Source of the DNA: Candidatus Poseidoniales archaeon
GTDB lineage: Archaea; Thermoplasmatota; Poseidoniia; Poseidoniales; Thalassarchaeaceae
Assembly: GCA_012960975.1 (NCBI GenBank)
Contig: DUAE01000055.1
Coordinates: forward strand, 41,143 to 105,142
DNA length: 64,000 nt
Direction of reading: 5' to 3'
The position numbers and the translations under genes were made by a program. This document shows, piece by piece, positions 1-9,461 of this stretch (the stretch's first letter is position 1; every line of letters begins with the position of its first letter). The notes below the pieces were generated by a model. It was not told the origin of the DNA, searched no databases, and saw nothing but the letters and a program-made list of their open reading frames with translations.

Positions 1-412
1 GATATGACATATTCCTAATGCCTTTGTATTCTGCTATAATTACCGAAGCTGATTGGTATCTTCCACGATCTTCCCGATAATGCCATGGGATTGGAATTTT
101 TAGTAGATTAACTTCATTGAATGTATTTTCTAGTACAGGGGCGTTATTGGTTCCGACAATTTTGGGTTCACTTGGATTATTCATTGCCCATGCTAAAATG
201 TCGATGAGTTCTCCCGCACTAACATCAAAAATATCACAAATTCTTTGGCGTGTTAGTACATTCAATGCAGAATGATGACCGGGGGCTTCAGTGATATTTG
301 TAAAAAGTAATGGGGTGTGTTTTTCGTTTGTTGAGTGGTCAAAAATTCCATGAATGGCGCTAACTTCGGTATCGATTTGTTGAACCCCCTCAAGTAGATT
401 ACGGAATGCCAT
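1..412 (-). CDS. UbiD-family (4-hydroxybenzoate/prenylated-FMN-dependent) decarboxylase, N-terminal part; gene continues beyond window start
   Basis: Minus-strand translation from the ATG at 412 gives MAFRNLLEGVQQIDTEV...IPIPWHYREDRGRYQSASVIIAEYKGIRNMSY. The IPxPWHxxEDGGxYxtagvvI...G.RNxS pattern is typical of UbiD. The ORF is open to the window edge. Confidence 0.6.
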   Translation of the reverse strand, partial: MAFRNLLEGVQQIDTEVSAIHGIFDHSTNEKHTPLLFTNITEAPGHHSALNVLTRQRICDIFDVSAGELIDILAWAMNNPSEPKIVGTNNAPVLENTFNEVNLLKIPIPWHYREDRGRYQSASVIIAEYKGIRNMSY

Positions 413-513
413 GATGTCTAGGCAATGACGATTCGGTTTGAATGTTAGCGAAAGGAGTTAGTTATTCCTTTAGTACACCCACCTATGGCAGCCCCGTCAT
501 ACTCTTATACCCG

Positions 514-530
514 AGTCAGGTCGGCGGGCT
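514..530 (+). promoter_or_regulatory. Conserved GC-rich element AGTCAGGTCGGCGGGCT upstream of rps12
   Basis: It lies 11-27 nt upstream of the GTG start and is preceded by a TATA-like ctcttatac. A near-identical element occurs upstream of EF-2 and S19e. Confidence 0.5.
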
Positions 531-540
531 GTCTTTTGAG

Positions 541-990
541 GTGTCAAACTTGGGTAGAGGTCTTTTCTCAGGAATTAAGATGAAGGATGACCGTAAAAGA
601 TATCGATGGAAGGAGAAGCGTTTTCGGGACCGAGAACTCAAGCGTCGAGCAGGTGGAGTTTTGAAGCACGATCCACTAAAGGGTTCGACTCAAGCTAAAG
701 GAATTGTAATCGAAAAAGTTGGTTTCGAGGCTAAACAGCCAAATTCTGGCATTAGAAAGGCTGTCAAGATTTCATTGATACGCACAGGAAATAAACTCAC
801 TGCTTTCGCACCAGGAGATGGTGCGATATCTTTCATTGATGAGCACGATGAAGTACTTGTCGAAGGTATCGGAGGACCTCGTGGTCAATCGATGGGAGAT
901 TTGCCAGGTGTTCGCTATAAAGTAATCAAAGTGAACGGCGTCTCTCTTGATGAAATGGTTCGAGGCAGAAAAGAGAAGCCAATTCGATAA
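541..990 (+). CDS. rps12: 30S ribosomal protein S12 (uS12); probable GTG start at 541, ORF track starts at 442
   Basis: [46 protein letters not shown]...[14 protein letters not shown] is a canonical archaeal S12. The N-terminus [10 protein letters not shown]...KRYRW aligns with archaeal S12 only from the GTG at 541. Confidence 0.9.
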   Translation: MSNLGRGLFSGIKMKDDRKRYRWKEKRFRDRELKRRAGGVLKHDPLKGSTQAKGIVIEKVGFEAKQPNSGIRKAVKISLIRTGNKLTAFAPGDGAISFIDEHDEVLVEGIGGPRGQSMGDLPGVRYKVIKVNGVSLDEMVRGRKEKPIR

Positions 991-1000
991 GGTGTTTGTT

Positions 1001-1615
1001 ATGTCCGAAGAAGTTCAAGAACAAAAGGAGCCAGAGGCCCCTATTGCTGGAATCGGAACTATGGTTTTTGGTAAGTGGGATGCAAATGAAGTTACTTGCG
1101 CCGATCCGGGGCTTGCTCCATACATTAATTTGGCAACAATTGGAACGCCACACACGGGGGGCCGTCATGCCAATCAATGGTTTGGAAAAGCTAATCTCTC
1201 AGTAGTTGAAAGATTCATCAATAATTTGATGCGAAAGGGGAAATTCTCTGGTAAGAAACAACACTGTGCTAAGTCATTCGAAGCCGCCCTAGACAATATT
1301 GCAGAGCGTTCGGGGGAAAATCCCCTCCAGAAGTTTATCGATGCTATTGTTGAAGCAGCTCCATGTGAAGAAACAACACGGATAAAATTGGGTGCAGTAA
1401 GCACACCGAAAGCAGTTGATTCCTCGCCTAGCCGGAGATTAGACGTTGCTCTACGAAATTTGTCAAAGGGATGCGCATCAGCTACGGCAAAGAGTAAGCG
1501 CTCTCTAACCGAGGGGATAATCTCCGAAATTTCCAAAGCAGCTAGCGGGGATGTAGGATCCTTCGCAATTGGTAAGCGTGAAGAAGTTGAAAGAATTGCA
1601 GCATCAGCACGATGA
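1001..1615 (+). CDS. rps7: 30S ribosomal protein S7 (uS7)
   Basis: Translation is S7-like (…GKANLSVVERFINNLMRKGKFSGKKQHCAKSFEAALDNIAERSGENPLQKFIDAIVEAAPCEETTRIKLGA…). It directly follows S12, in str-operon order. Confidence 0.9.
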   Translation: MSEEVQEQKEPEAPIAGIGTMVFGKWDANEVTCADPGLAPYINLATIGTPHTGGRHANQWFGKANLSVVERFINNLMRKGKFSGKKQHCAKSFEAALDNIAERSGENPLQKFIDAIVEAAPCEETTRIKLGAVSTPKAVDSSPSRRLDVALRNLSKGCASATAKSKRSLTEGIISEISKAASGDVGSFAIGKREEVERIAASAR

Positions 1616-1684
1616 TTGAGTATCATAATTAGCCTTGACTACAAACTGGTATCACGTAGTGATACAATCGGCTTTATCAACCAT

Positions 1685-1700
1685 AGTCAGGTCGCCGGCT
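1685..1700 (+). promoter_or_regulatory. Conserved GC-rich element AGTCAGGTCGCCGGCT upstream of aEF-2
   Basis: It lies 17-32 nt upstream of the ATG and is preceded by a TATA-like gctttatcaa. Its first 10 nt match the rps12 copy exactly. Confidence 0.5.
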
Positions 1701-1716
1701 CATCCAAGGTGATTGA

Positions 1717-3924
1717 ATGGGCCGTAAGGAAGATAATATCAAGCGTGCTGTTGACATAATGCATGATAGAGAGCATATTCGCAATCTCGCTATCGCTGCT
1801 CATATCGATCATGGTAAAACTACCCTGTCAGACAATTTGATTGCTGGTGCAGGAATGATGTCAGAGGAACTTGCAGGGAAAGCTCGAGTCCTAGATTTCG
1901 ACGAACAAGAGAGTGCCCGCGGTATTACAATTAACGCAGCAAGTGCATCGATGGTTCACGATATTGAAGGCCAAGATTATCTGATTAATCTTATTGATAC
2001 TCCAGGTCACGTTGACTTTGGTGGAGACGTAACTAGAGCTATGCGTGCCGTTGATGGCTGCATAATTCTCGCTTGTGCTGTTGAAGGAACAATGCCTCAA
2101 ACCGAGACTGTTGTTCGCCAGGCATTGAAGGAAAAAGTCCGTCCTGTATTATTTATCAATAAAGTTGACCGATTAATCAACGAATTACAAATCGATGGCC
2201 AAGAAATGATGGCTCGATTTGAAAAAATAATCCTAAAAGTCAATAAATTAATTTCAGATTTTGCTCCAGAAGAATTACGCCGAAAATGGCAAGTTTCTGT
2301 CGGAGATGGAACTGTTGCTTTCGGTTCTGCTTACTATAATTGGGGTATGTCAGTACCATATATGAAAAAATCTGGTTTGAATTTCAAAGATATATTTGAG
2401 CACTGTTACAATGATGAGCAAAAAGAATTGTCTAAGAAAGCTCCAATTCATAAAGTCCTTCTCGATATGGCAGTTGATAAATTACCTGGGCCTTTAGAAT
2501 CACAAAAATACCGAATTCCAAACATTTGGCAAGGCGATTTAGAATCAGAAGTAGGCAAATCAATGTTAGAATGTAATTCAGAAGGGCCATTGTCATTAAT
2601 GATAACTAAAATTTGGATGGATCCACATGCAGGAGAAGTAGCTGTAGGTCGAGTTTATTCAGGGACAATCAAGCATGGGGAGTCTGTTTGGGCTATCGGT
2701 GCAGCAAAATCTGAACGTGTTCAACAAGTCAGTATGATGGTTGGTGCCGATCGAATTCAAGTTCCTCAAGTTTCAGCAGGAAATATTGCTGCTGTTACCG
2801 GTATCCGAAGTGCTGCAGCAGGAGTTACAGTTGCAAATTCAGAAGACGCGACTCCGTTCGAAGCCATTCGACACTACTCTGAGCCAGTAGTTACCGTCGC
2901 AGTTGAACCAAGATCTATGAAAGATCTACCAAAATTCATTGATGCCCTTCGCGGGTTAGCAAAAGCGGATGCATCATTACAAGTTTCAACTAATCAAGAA
3001 ACCGGCGAGGCTTTGCTTGCTGGTATGGGTGAACTTCATCTAGAAATTACAGTTTACCGAATGCAAGAAGAACAAGGCATCAAAGTCAAAGTTAGTGAGC
3101 CAATTGTAGTTTATCGTGAATCGATTGAAAGCACCAATTCTGGACGTCCATTTGAGGGCAAATCACCAAACCGCCATAATAGATTCTATATCGAGGCCGA
3201 ACCACTTCCACAGGAAGTTATCGATGCTCTCAGAGAAGGTCATTTTGGAGATGGACCAGTACGGACAAAGGATGCTAAGGAAGTCGGAAACAAATTTGCT
3301 GAATTTGGTTTGGAGAAAAATTTGATGAGAAAAATTTACGCAATTCACGGCACTAATATTTTCGTAAATGATACCAAAGGTATCCAAAATCTTCACGAAA
3401 CACGTGAACTGATGATTGAGGGTTTCAATGATGTTTGTAAGAAAGGACCTACAGCCGAAGAGCCATTAATGGGTGTAATGATTAGACTCGTAGATGCTAA
3501 ACTTCACGAGGATGCAATTCATCGTGGGCCCGCTCAAACGATTCCTGCTGTAAGAAATGGAATCAAAGGCGCAATCCTACGATCCCGCTCAGTTATATTT
3601 GAGCCTATTCAAAATATTCGAATAGATGCACCAAACGATGTCATTGGTGGAGTTACTAGGGAATTAACCACACGACGCGGTATCATCGAGGACATGCCAG
3701 TTGACGGAGCAACTGCTAGCGTCATCGGAAAGATGCCAGTAGCAGAATCATTTGGTTTCTCGAATGATATACGAGCAGCGAGTCAGGGTAGAGCAGTTTG
3801 GAACACAGAAAACGCTGGCTTCGTACAATTACCTACTTCGTTATTCCACAAGGTAGTTGGTGAAATTCGTCAGCGCAAGGGACTCAAAGAAGAGATCCCT
3901 GGTGAAGAACAATATACGGATTGA
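1717..3924 (+). CDS. fusA: Translation elongation factor 2 (aEF-2)
   Basis: G-domain motifs AHIDHGKTTLSD, DTPGHVDF and NKVDR are present. The 735 aa length fits aEF-2, and a C-terminal domain-IV region follows that spans the expected diphthamide site. Confidence 0.95.
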   Translation: MGRKEDNIKRAVDIMHDREHIRNLAIAAHIDHGKTTLSDNLIAGAGMMSEELAGKARVLDFDEQESARGITINAASASMVHDIEGQDYLINLIDTPGHVDFGGDVTRAMRAVDGCIILACAVEGTMPQTETVVRQALKEKVRPVLFINKVDRLINELQIDGQEMMARFEKIILKVNKLISDFAPEELRRKWQVSVGDGTVAFGSAYYNWGMSVPYMKKSGLNFKDIFEHCYNDEQKELSKKAPIHKVLLDMAVDKLPGPLESQKYRIPNIWQGDLESEVGKSMLECNSEGPLSLMITKIWMDPHAGEVAVGRVYSGTIKHGESVWAIGAAKSERVQQVSMMVGADRIQVPQVSAGNIAAVTGIRSAAAGVTVANSEDATPFEAIRHYSEPVVTVAVEPRSMKDLPKFIDALRGLAKADASLQVSTNQETGEALLAGMGELHLEITVYRMQEEQGIKVKVSEPIVVYRESIESTNSGRPFEGKSPNRHNRFYIEAEPLPQEVIDALREGHFGDGPVRTKDAKEVGNKFAEFGLEKNLMRKIYAIHGTNIFVNDTKGIQNLHETRELMIEGFNDVCKKGPTAEEPLMGVMIRLVDAKLHEDAIHRGPAQTIPAVRNGIKGAILRSRSVIFEPIQNIRIDAPNDVIGGVTRELTTRRGIIEDMPVDGATASVIGKMPVAESFGFSNDIRAASQGRAVWNTENAGFVQLPTSLFHKVVGEIRQRKGLKEEIPGEEQYTD

Positions 3925-3934
3925 TTGAATTTCA

Positions 3935-5644
3935 TCAATTGATTCTTATCAATTGAAAATCGGTTAATTCTCTTAGGATATCAACCGCAGGAGATTCAGG
4001 CAGGATGTCTAGCATTTGATGTGCTTGTTTATGATATAACATAGCTCTATCTAATGCATATTGGATAGAGCCATTATCTTGTAATTCCAAAACGGCACGT
4101 TCCAATTCTTCAGGGGTTGATTTACCAGTACCATAGATTTTGTTGAAAGTGGTTAAATTTTCAGAATTTTTTAGAGCATGGATTGCCACTAAAGTTCTTT
4201 TTCCCTGAATAATATCTGAACCTGCAGGTTTCCCTATAGTTTCAGTATCTCCAGTTAGGTCAATTAAATCATCCATCAATTGGAAACATAAGCCTAATTT
4301 CAATCCCCATTCGGCCATATTTTGGACAATTCGGTCATCAACTCCGGCAAGGATAGCACCAGTCTTCGCACATGTTTCAAACATTGCGCTTGTTTTCCCC
4401 GCAATCATTGAGACATATTCTTCTTCAGAAACGCTGTCTCTATTTTCAAATTCAAAGTCTTCTTGCTGCCCTTCAGCAACCCTTCTGACCATTTCGCCAA
4501 TGGATTGAACTAAGTATCGTAAATGCTGAGACGAAATATATTCACTATCTGCCAAAATTTCGAATCCAACAGCAAGCATAGCATCACCTGCATTGATTGC
4601 AGTCGGATCATCGTAGGCGATGTGTACTGCTGGTAATCCACGGCGAATCGGATCTTGATCCATAATGTCATCGTGGACAAGAGTGAAATTGTGAATAATT
4701 TCTATACAGGCCCCGAGTGTATAATGACCATTATTGGCATTACCAACTGCTTCCCCTACTAATCTTGGTAAAATAGCTCGTAATCTTTTTCCTCCACCAG
4801 TGAATAGATGTGTCATGGCACCGTGTAATCGAGTTTGTTCGATTTTCCCTAAACTTTTCATTATTTCTTTTTCAACAATTTCACGATGATTAGATAAGGC
4901 GTTCAACAAGTTTTGTCCAGGATCATTTGACTTATCAATTAAGTTCAATAGGCCATAATTTATTATTTCATTATGCCTAGATTGGGAGAGTAACTTCATG
5001 TTTGGATAATGTTGGGAAATGAAGTGTTGCCAAATAATCTTGAACCATGGGGCAACAAGTTCATGTTCCCACTTCCCACTCCCTGACATCATTTCTTCTA
5101 ATTCGGATTGGTCTAGCCACATAACCTCTGATATTTCATTTAGATTAGGGATAGGATTTGTATTTGCATTTACTAGAAGAACATGGTCAATTTCATGTTC
5201 TATCCATTCTGAATCCCATCTGCAACTATATTCAAATTTCCCAAGATGATTATATTCCCATGATGATGATTCTTCAGTAGGGATTCCTAATTCTTGTTCT
5301 AATTTTCTAATTGCTGCGTTGGTAACACCTTCAATTGGGTCTCCATTTTCGCCAGTGATATCTAGAGGGTGACTGCAGCAAGTATTAGCCCACATATTTG
5401 GAAAGGTAATTTTTTCTGCTGCTCTTTTTTGTACTAATAATCTATTATTTCCGTCAATAATTAGAACGCTAAATGCTCGATGGCGCAAACCTTTCCCCCG
5501 GTGACAATCAACTTTTGATGCAGAACCAATTACATTATCTTTTGAATCAACTAATATACATAGTTCATCCATCATCTCAATTTGAGAGGGATCATAGCCT
5601 GAAAGGGCGTTTGTATTGGAGCCGTCACTCATGTATCTCAACAC
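3935..5644 (-). CDS. Fusion protein: N-terminal type 1 (Nudix) isopentenyl-diphosphate isomerase joined to a C-terminal geranylgeranyl/polyprenyl diphosphate synthase
   Basis: The N-terminal half has the IDI-1 signatures WANTCCSHP and EYNH...KFEY. The C-terminal half has the FARM motif LVHDDIMDQD and the SARM motif FQLMDDLIDL of trans-prenyltransferases. It is a single 569-aa ORF. Confidence 0.8.
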   Translation of the reverse strand: MLRYMSDGSNTNALSGYDPSQIEMMDELCILVDSKDNVIGSASKVDCHRGKGLRHRAFSVLIIDGNNRLLVQKRAAEKITFPNMWANTCCSHPLDITGENGDPIEGVTNAAIRKLEQELGIPTEESSSWEYNHLGKFEYSCRWDSEWIEHEIDHVLLVNANTNPIPNLNEISEVMWLDQSELEEMMSGSGKWEHELVAPWFKIIWQHFISQHYPNMKLLSQSRHNEIINYGLLNLIDKSNDPGQNLLNALSNHREIVEKEIMKSLGKIEQTRLHGAMTHLFTGGGKRLRAILPRLVGEAVGNANNGHYTLGACIEIIHNFTLVHDDIMDQDPIRRGLPAVHIAYDDPTAINAGDAMLAVGFEILADSEYISSQHLRYLVQSIGEMVRRVAEGQQEDFEFENRDSVSEEEYVSMIAGKTSAMFETCAKTGAILAGVDDRIVQNMAEWGLKLGLCFQLMDDLIDLTGDTETIGKPAGSDIIQGKRTLVAIHALKNSENLTTFNKIYGTGKSTPEELERAVLELQDNGSIQYALDRAMLYHKQAHQMLDILPESPAVDILRELTDFQLIRIN

Positions 5645-5677
5645 GCCGAGGTGAAACCTGCATATAATCGAAATCCA

Positions 5678-6472
5678 TCAAGGAATGATTTTTGTCCCAA
5701 TCGTTTGACCTGTTGAAATCAATTCAGTGATGCGTTCTGGTTTCCGTCCATCTAACATCCAGACTACTGGAATTTTTTGGCAAATTTCACCAGCACTAGC
5801 CGTTTTTAGGAAAATCCCGCCAGTAACATCTTGGGCTGAAGAATGGGTGCCGACTACGTGTTCACTACTTGACCAACATTTGATTAATTCTGACCCAGGT
5901 TCATTTGGCGGTTTAGTCATCAAACCAGGGGTATCGCCAAGTAAGAAAATACAATGAGAAACATCAGGGATTTCTTTAGAAATTCTAACCATTAAATCAT
6001 CCCCCGAAAGGATTCCGAATTCAAGTGTGTCCTTTCTATCTACTACATCACCAAATGATATTGGTATGATATTGTCTTTGCGATTGAATTTGGACAAATC
6101 GCCTTTGAAATTTAATCCAATGCCTTCTACCCAATTTGAAGGGGGAAATGTCATTGTTTGTATATCATAATTAGTAAAAGCATCAACTAATAATTTATTT
6201 AATTCTAACATGTCATTTCTAACTGATTTGACAGCCTTTCTTTGGGCATCTATCCGTTCGGGCTCAGCTCCTGTTGCCAAACCCCATTTCTTAGATTCCA
6301 AATGTCCGTATGACCCTGCACCATGAATGACAATGAACTTGTGTCCGTCCGCCGATAGTTCTGCTATAACTTTCGCTACAGATTGAATAATGTCTAATCT
6401 AGGTGATTTGAAAGTAGATTTGTCAGTAATCAGTCCTCCACCAATTTTTATGACAATTTTTTTCATCGACAA
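5678..6472 (-). CDS. Isopentenyl phosphate kinase (amino-acid-kinase family)
   Basis: MKKIVIKIGGGLITDK...IHGAGSYGH is the amino-acid-kinase fold. The gene sits beside the IDI-GGPPS fusion and a thiolase, as expected for the archaeal mevalonate route. Confidence 0.7.
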   Translation of the reverse strand: MSMKKIVIKIGGGLITDKSTFKSPRLDIIQSVAKVIAELSADGHKFIVIHGAGSYGHLESKKWGLATGAEPERIDAQRKAVKSVRNDMLELNKLLVDAFTNYDIQTMTFPPSNWVEGIGLNFKGDLSKFNRKDNIIPISFGDVVDRKDTLEFGILSGDDLMVRISKEIPDVSHCIFLLGDTPGLMTKPPNEPGSELIKCWSSSEHVVGTHSSAQDVTGGIFLKTASAGEICQKIPVVWMLDGRKPERITELISTGQTIGTKIIP

Positions 6473-6540
6473 TCACCCCTCACAATACTATCGAAGAGCA
6501 TTTTACATTTGGATTATTGCTTCTCCACTACGAATAGAAT

Positions 6541-6903
6541 GTGGAATGTGTTAATTGTAAGTTAGCATCAGCAAACATTATGGCGGAGTTATCCGATATC
6601 GAACGTTTTCAAAGATGGTTACAATCTATCCTTGCGGAAACTGAGAATATTGAAAACGAAAAAGAGAAATTACGCCGCCAAATTCAAATTGAGTCGGCAA
6701 TACAGGAAACAATTCGGTACAAGGAATTGATTTCAATTTCGGAAGAGATCGCCCCCCCCTTTGTAGAACGTAATTCTCCTGTTCGTGTTTTCGACCAAAA
6801 TGAGAGTGTAAAAAAAGAAAACACTAATTCCACGTGTGGGTCATGTGAAAAACAAATTAGTTCAGATCTTGAATTTTGCCCAAATTGTGGCGATTTTCTC
6901 TGA
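6541..6903 (+). CDS. Small coiled-coil protein with a C-terminal zinc ribbon, function unknown
   Basis: C-terminus reads CGSCEKQISSDLEFCPNCGDFL. The N-terminal 80 aa are rich in E, K and Q, suggesting a coiled coil. Confidence 0.4.
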   Translation: MECVNCKLASANIMAELSDIERFQRWLQSILAETENIENEKEKLRRQIQIESAIQETIRYKELISISEEIAPPFVERNSPVRVFDQNESVKKENTNSTCGSCEKQISSDLEFCPNCGDFL

Positions 6904-7605
6904 TTATTCTTCTTCATCAACCCAGCGTGCTCGGGCAGTTTCGTATTCTGGGTCGTCGTTGGATATTTTATTGATATATTCCGAGCCAACGGATTCTGTC
7001 AAGTATACAGTAATCCCAGCGTGCCAGATAGTTTCACCAGCAGCAACCATTTGTGCAGTATCAATTTCAAGGATAGTTGGTAACTTATAGTGAACATGCC
7101 CAGCTTCTGCTGCTGTACGAATGCTACCACTTAGATGAACGTGCGACCTTCCACTTGGTGTAATTCCAACCTCCATCAAATTATTGGCTTCTTCAGGGTT
7201 ACAAGGATAGAAAAGTGACTCAGGAATGTTATCGGTGGGTAAGTCGAGTTCTATGTCTAATGTATGGCCATAGGTTGCCCTGATCATATTCCCTCGAACT
7301 TCATATCTGCCTTTCCCATCTGTCTCTGAAACGGCACGGAAATGGTGAGGGCGAAGCCAGTGATATCTACGTTCATTTTGCTTCTTGAAAGATCGAATGA
7401 TATCTTTTACATCAACCCAACCATTGATATCCATTTCTAAATCAAATTTTTCTGGGGCATGGCGTAGAATTAACGCTAATCGGCGTGCGAGACTATCTCT
7501 TTCACCAGTCCGTAAGATGAATTTTCCTTCCTCGTTACATGCTGGGCAGAGATTATCATCCGCAAAGTAGCCGTGCCGGCCGCATTCTCTAATCATAATT
7601 ATCAA
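6904..7605 (-). CDS. RNA 2'-phosphotransferase Tpt1/KptA family, with an N-terminal zinc-ribbon extension
   Basis: LARRLALILRHAPEKFDLEMDINGWVDVKDII...RATYGHT...HVHLS matches the Tpt1 R-H-R-H core. The N-terminus adds CGRHGYFADDNLCPAC. Confidence 0.7.
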   Translation of the reverse strand: MIIMIRECGRHGYFADDNLCPACNEEGKFILRTGERDSLARRLALILRHAPEKFDLEMDINGWVDVKDIIRSFKKQNERRYHWLRPHHFRAVSETDGKGRYEVRGNMIRATYGHTLDIELDLPTDNIPESLFYPCNPEEANNLMEVGITPSGRSHVHLSGSIRTAAEAGHVHYKLPTILEIDTAQMVAAGETIWHAGITVYLTESVGSEYINKISNDDPEYETARARWVDEEE

Positions 7606-7710
7606 GCCAGCGAACTAACATCCTTTCATGAACCAATCGGTATAATACATTCAATTAAATGTTCATGACTATTGCTCAACCGTTATCATGGCCTGCGTAA
7701 TCCGCTGAAC

Positions 7711-8844
7711 ATGAAAGCAGTCATTGTCGATTGGTGTAGGTCCCCATTTCATCGAGCGCATAAGGGTGAGTTGGCTGATGTTAGACCCGATGAGTTAGCA
7801 TCTCAGGTCGCTAAATCACTTCTTGATAGAAACACAATCAATCAGGAAGATATTGACGACCTCATACTGGGTTGTGCTTACCCAGAAGGTGAACAAGGTT
7901 ACAATATGGGAAGATTACTGGCATTTCTTTCCAATTTACCTAGTGGTGTCCCTGGAATGACCATAAATCGGTTATGTGGTTCATCTATGCAGGCATTACT
8001 TACTGCTGCGGCTAATATCGAAGTAGGCTGGGGCGATTGTTATCTCATCGGTGGCGTTGAATCTATGAGCCGTGTAAAACGCCGTGGTTTCAATTGGAGT
8101 CCCCATCCAGATTTGGAAAAATCATATCCTGAAGCTTATATCGGAATGGGTGAAACTGCCGAGAATATAGCTGCGAAGTGGAACCAAACTAGATCCGAGC
8201 ATGAATTATTTGCCTTAAATTCTCATCTTAAATCCCAATCAGCCGTCGAACAAGGATATTTTAATGATGAATTAGTTTCCATAGTAACAGATTCTAAAAT
8301 AATCGATAAAGATGGATGTATAAGAGGCAATACAACTTTAGAAAGGATGGCTAAGTTATCTCCTGCTTTTGGTGAAGATGGTGTTGTAACTGCTGCAACC
8401 TCATCACCATTAACAGATGGCGCGGCATTCATGTTAGTTTGTAGTGAAGAATATGCAAAGAATAACGACATAACTCCAATCGCCCGTATAGTTGCTGGAG
8501 CGGTTACGGGCTGTCCACCTGAATTGATGGGAATAGGTCCAATTAATGCAACAAAATTAGTTCTTAAAAGGGCTAATTGGACTGTAGAAGATGTAAATAT
8601 CTTTGAATTGAACGAAGCATTTGCCAGCCAAAGTCTTGCAGTAATTTCTGATTTGAATATCCCTCAGGAAAAGGTCAATTTGGATGGCGGAGCACTCGCG
8701 ATAGGTCACCCATTAGGTGCATCTGGATTGAGAATATCTGGAAAAGCAGCCAGTCTCCTCCAAAGGACCGGTGAAAATCGTGCTATTGCAACAATGTGCA
8801 TTGGAGGGGGAATGGGAATTTCTATAGCTTTAGAAAGAATATGA
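7711..8844 (+). CDS. Acetyl-CoA C-acetyltransferase (thiolase); ORF track start is 7672, the internal Met at 7711 is more likely
   Basis: Active-site region INRLCGSSMQALLTAAANIEVG and C-terminal CIGGGMGI are thiolase signatures. Confidence 0.85.
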   Translation: MKAVIVDWCRSPFHRAHKGELADVRPDELASQVAKSLLDRNTINQEDIDDLILGCAYPEGEQGYNMGRLLAFLSNLPSGVPGMTINRLCGSSMQALLTAAANIEVGWGDCYLIGGVESMSRVKRRGFNWSPHPDLEKSYPEAYIGMGETAENIAAKWNQTRSEHELFALNSHLKSQSAVEQGYFNDELVSIVTDSKIIDKDGCIRGNTTLERMAKLSPAFGEDGVVTAATSSPLTDGAAFMLVCSEEYAKNNDITPIARIVAGAVTGCPPELMGIGPINATKLVLKRANWTVEDVNIFELNEAFASQSLAVISDLNIPQEKVNLDGGALAIGHPLGASGLRISGKAASLLQRTGENRAIATMCIGGGMGISIALERI

Positions 8845-9420
8845 TTATTCTTCCTCATTAGTATCTACTGAATATTTCACTAAATTGTGTCCACAATTCG
8901 GACAATTATCATCCGGAGTTAGCCTACTGGGAATCACCGCTAATAAACTCGAACAAGTTGGACATGATGCTAACACTTCATCTTCATTCAACGTTCCAGG
9001 ATTTAATTGGAAACTATCTAGATAATACCATGATTTGAAAGTTTGAGATTTTATTGTCTTCAGTCTCCTTAAAGTGGTGAATGCCAATAAAATCAAAAGA
9101 CCTCCTTGCACCATATCAATTGTATCCCCTAATAGGAATAAAAGAATTCCACTTATCGCAAAAAATCCACCTATAAAAGTCAGCAAAGTAAGTGCAAGAG
9201 TATAGCCAATTTTTGTTCTATTTTTGAAATTATAGATTCCAAATAAACAAATGGAAGCCGGTATGTAAAGAAAAATTATTGAATTAATATTTGACAAAGA
9301 TACACCGTATAGCCTGTCACTAGAAATCACTAAAATAAAAATTATTACATTTATTGAGATGAATCTAACCAGGTGTTTGTGTAAATTCAGCATTTGTTGA
9401 TTCATATCCATATTTACCAC
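8845..9420 (-). CDS. Membrane protein with about four TM helices and a C-terminal zinc ribbon, function unknown
   Basis: Hydrophobic segments are followed by CPTC...17 aa...CPNCGH and an acidic tail. Confidence 0.4.
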   Translation of the reverse strand: MVNMDMNQQMLNLHKHLVRFISINVIIFILVISSDRLYGVSLSNINSIIFLYIPASICLFGIYNFKNRTKIGYTLALTLLTFIGGFFAISGILLFLLGDTIDMVQGGLLILLAFTTLRRLKTIKSQTFKSWYYLDSFQLNPGTLNEDEVLASCPTCSSLLAVIPSRLTPDDNCPNCGHNLVKYSVDTNEEE

Positions 9421-9461
9421 CTTAAAATTCCTTTATTATACGACGAACTGATGAATAGTGA

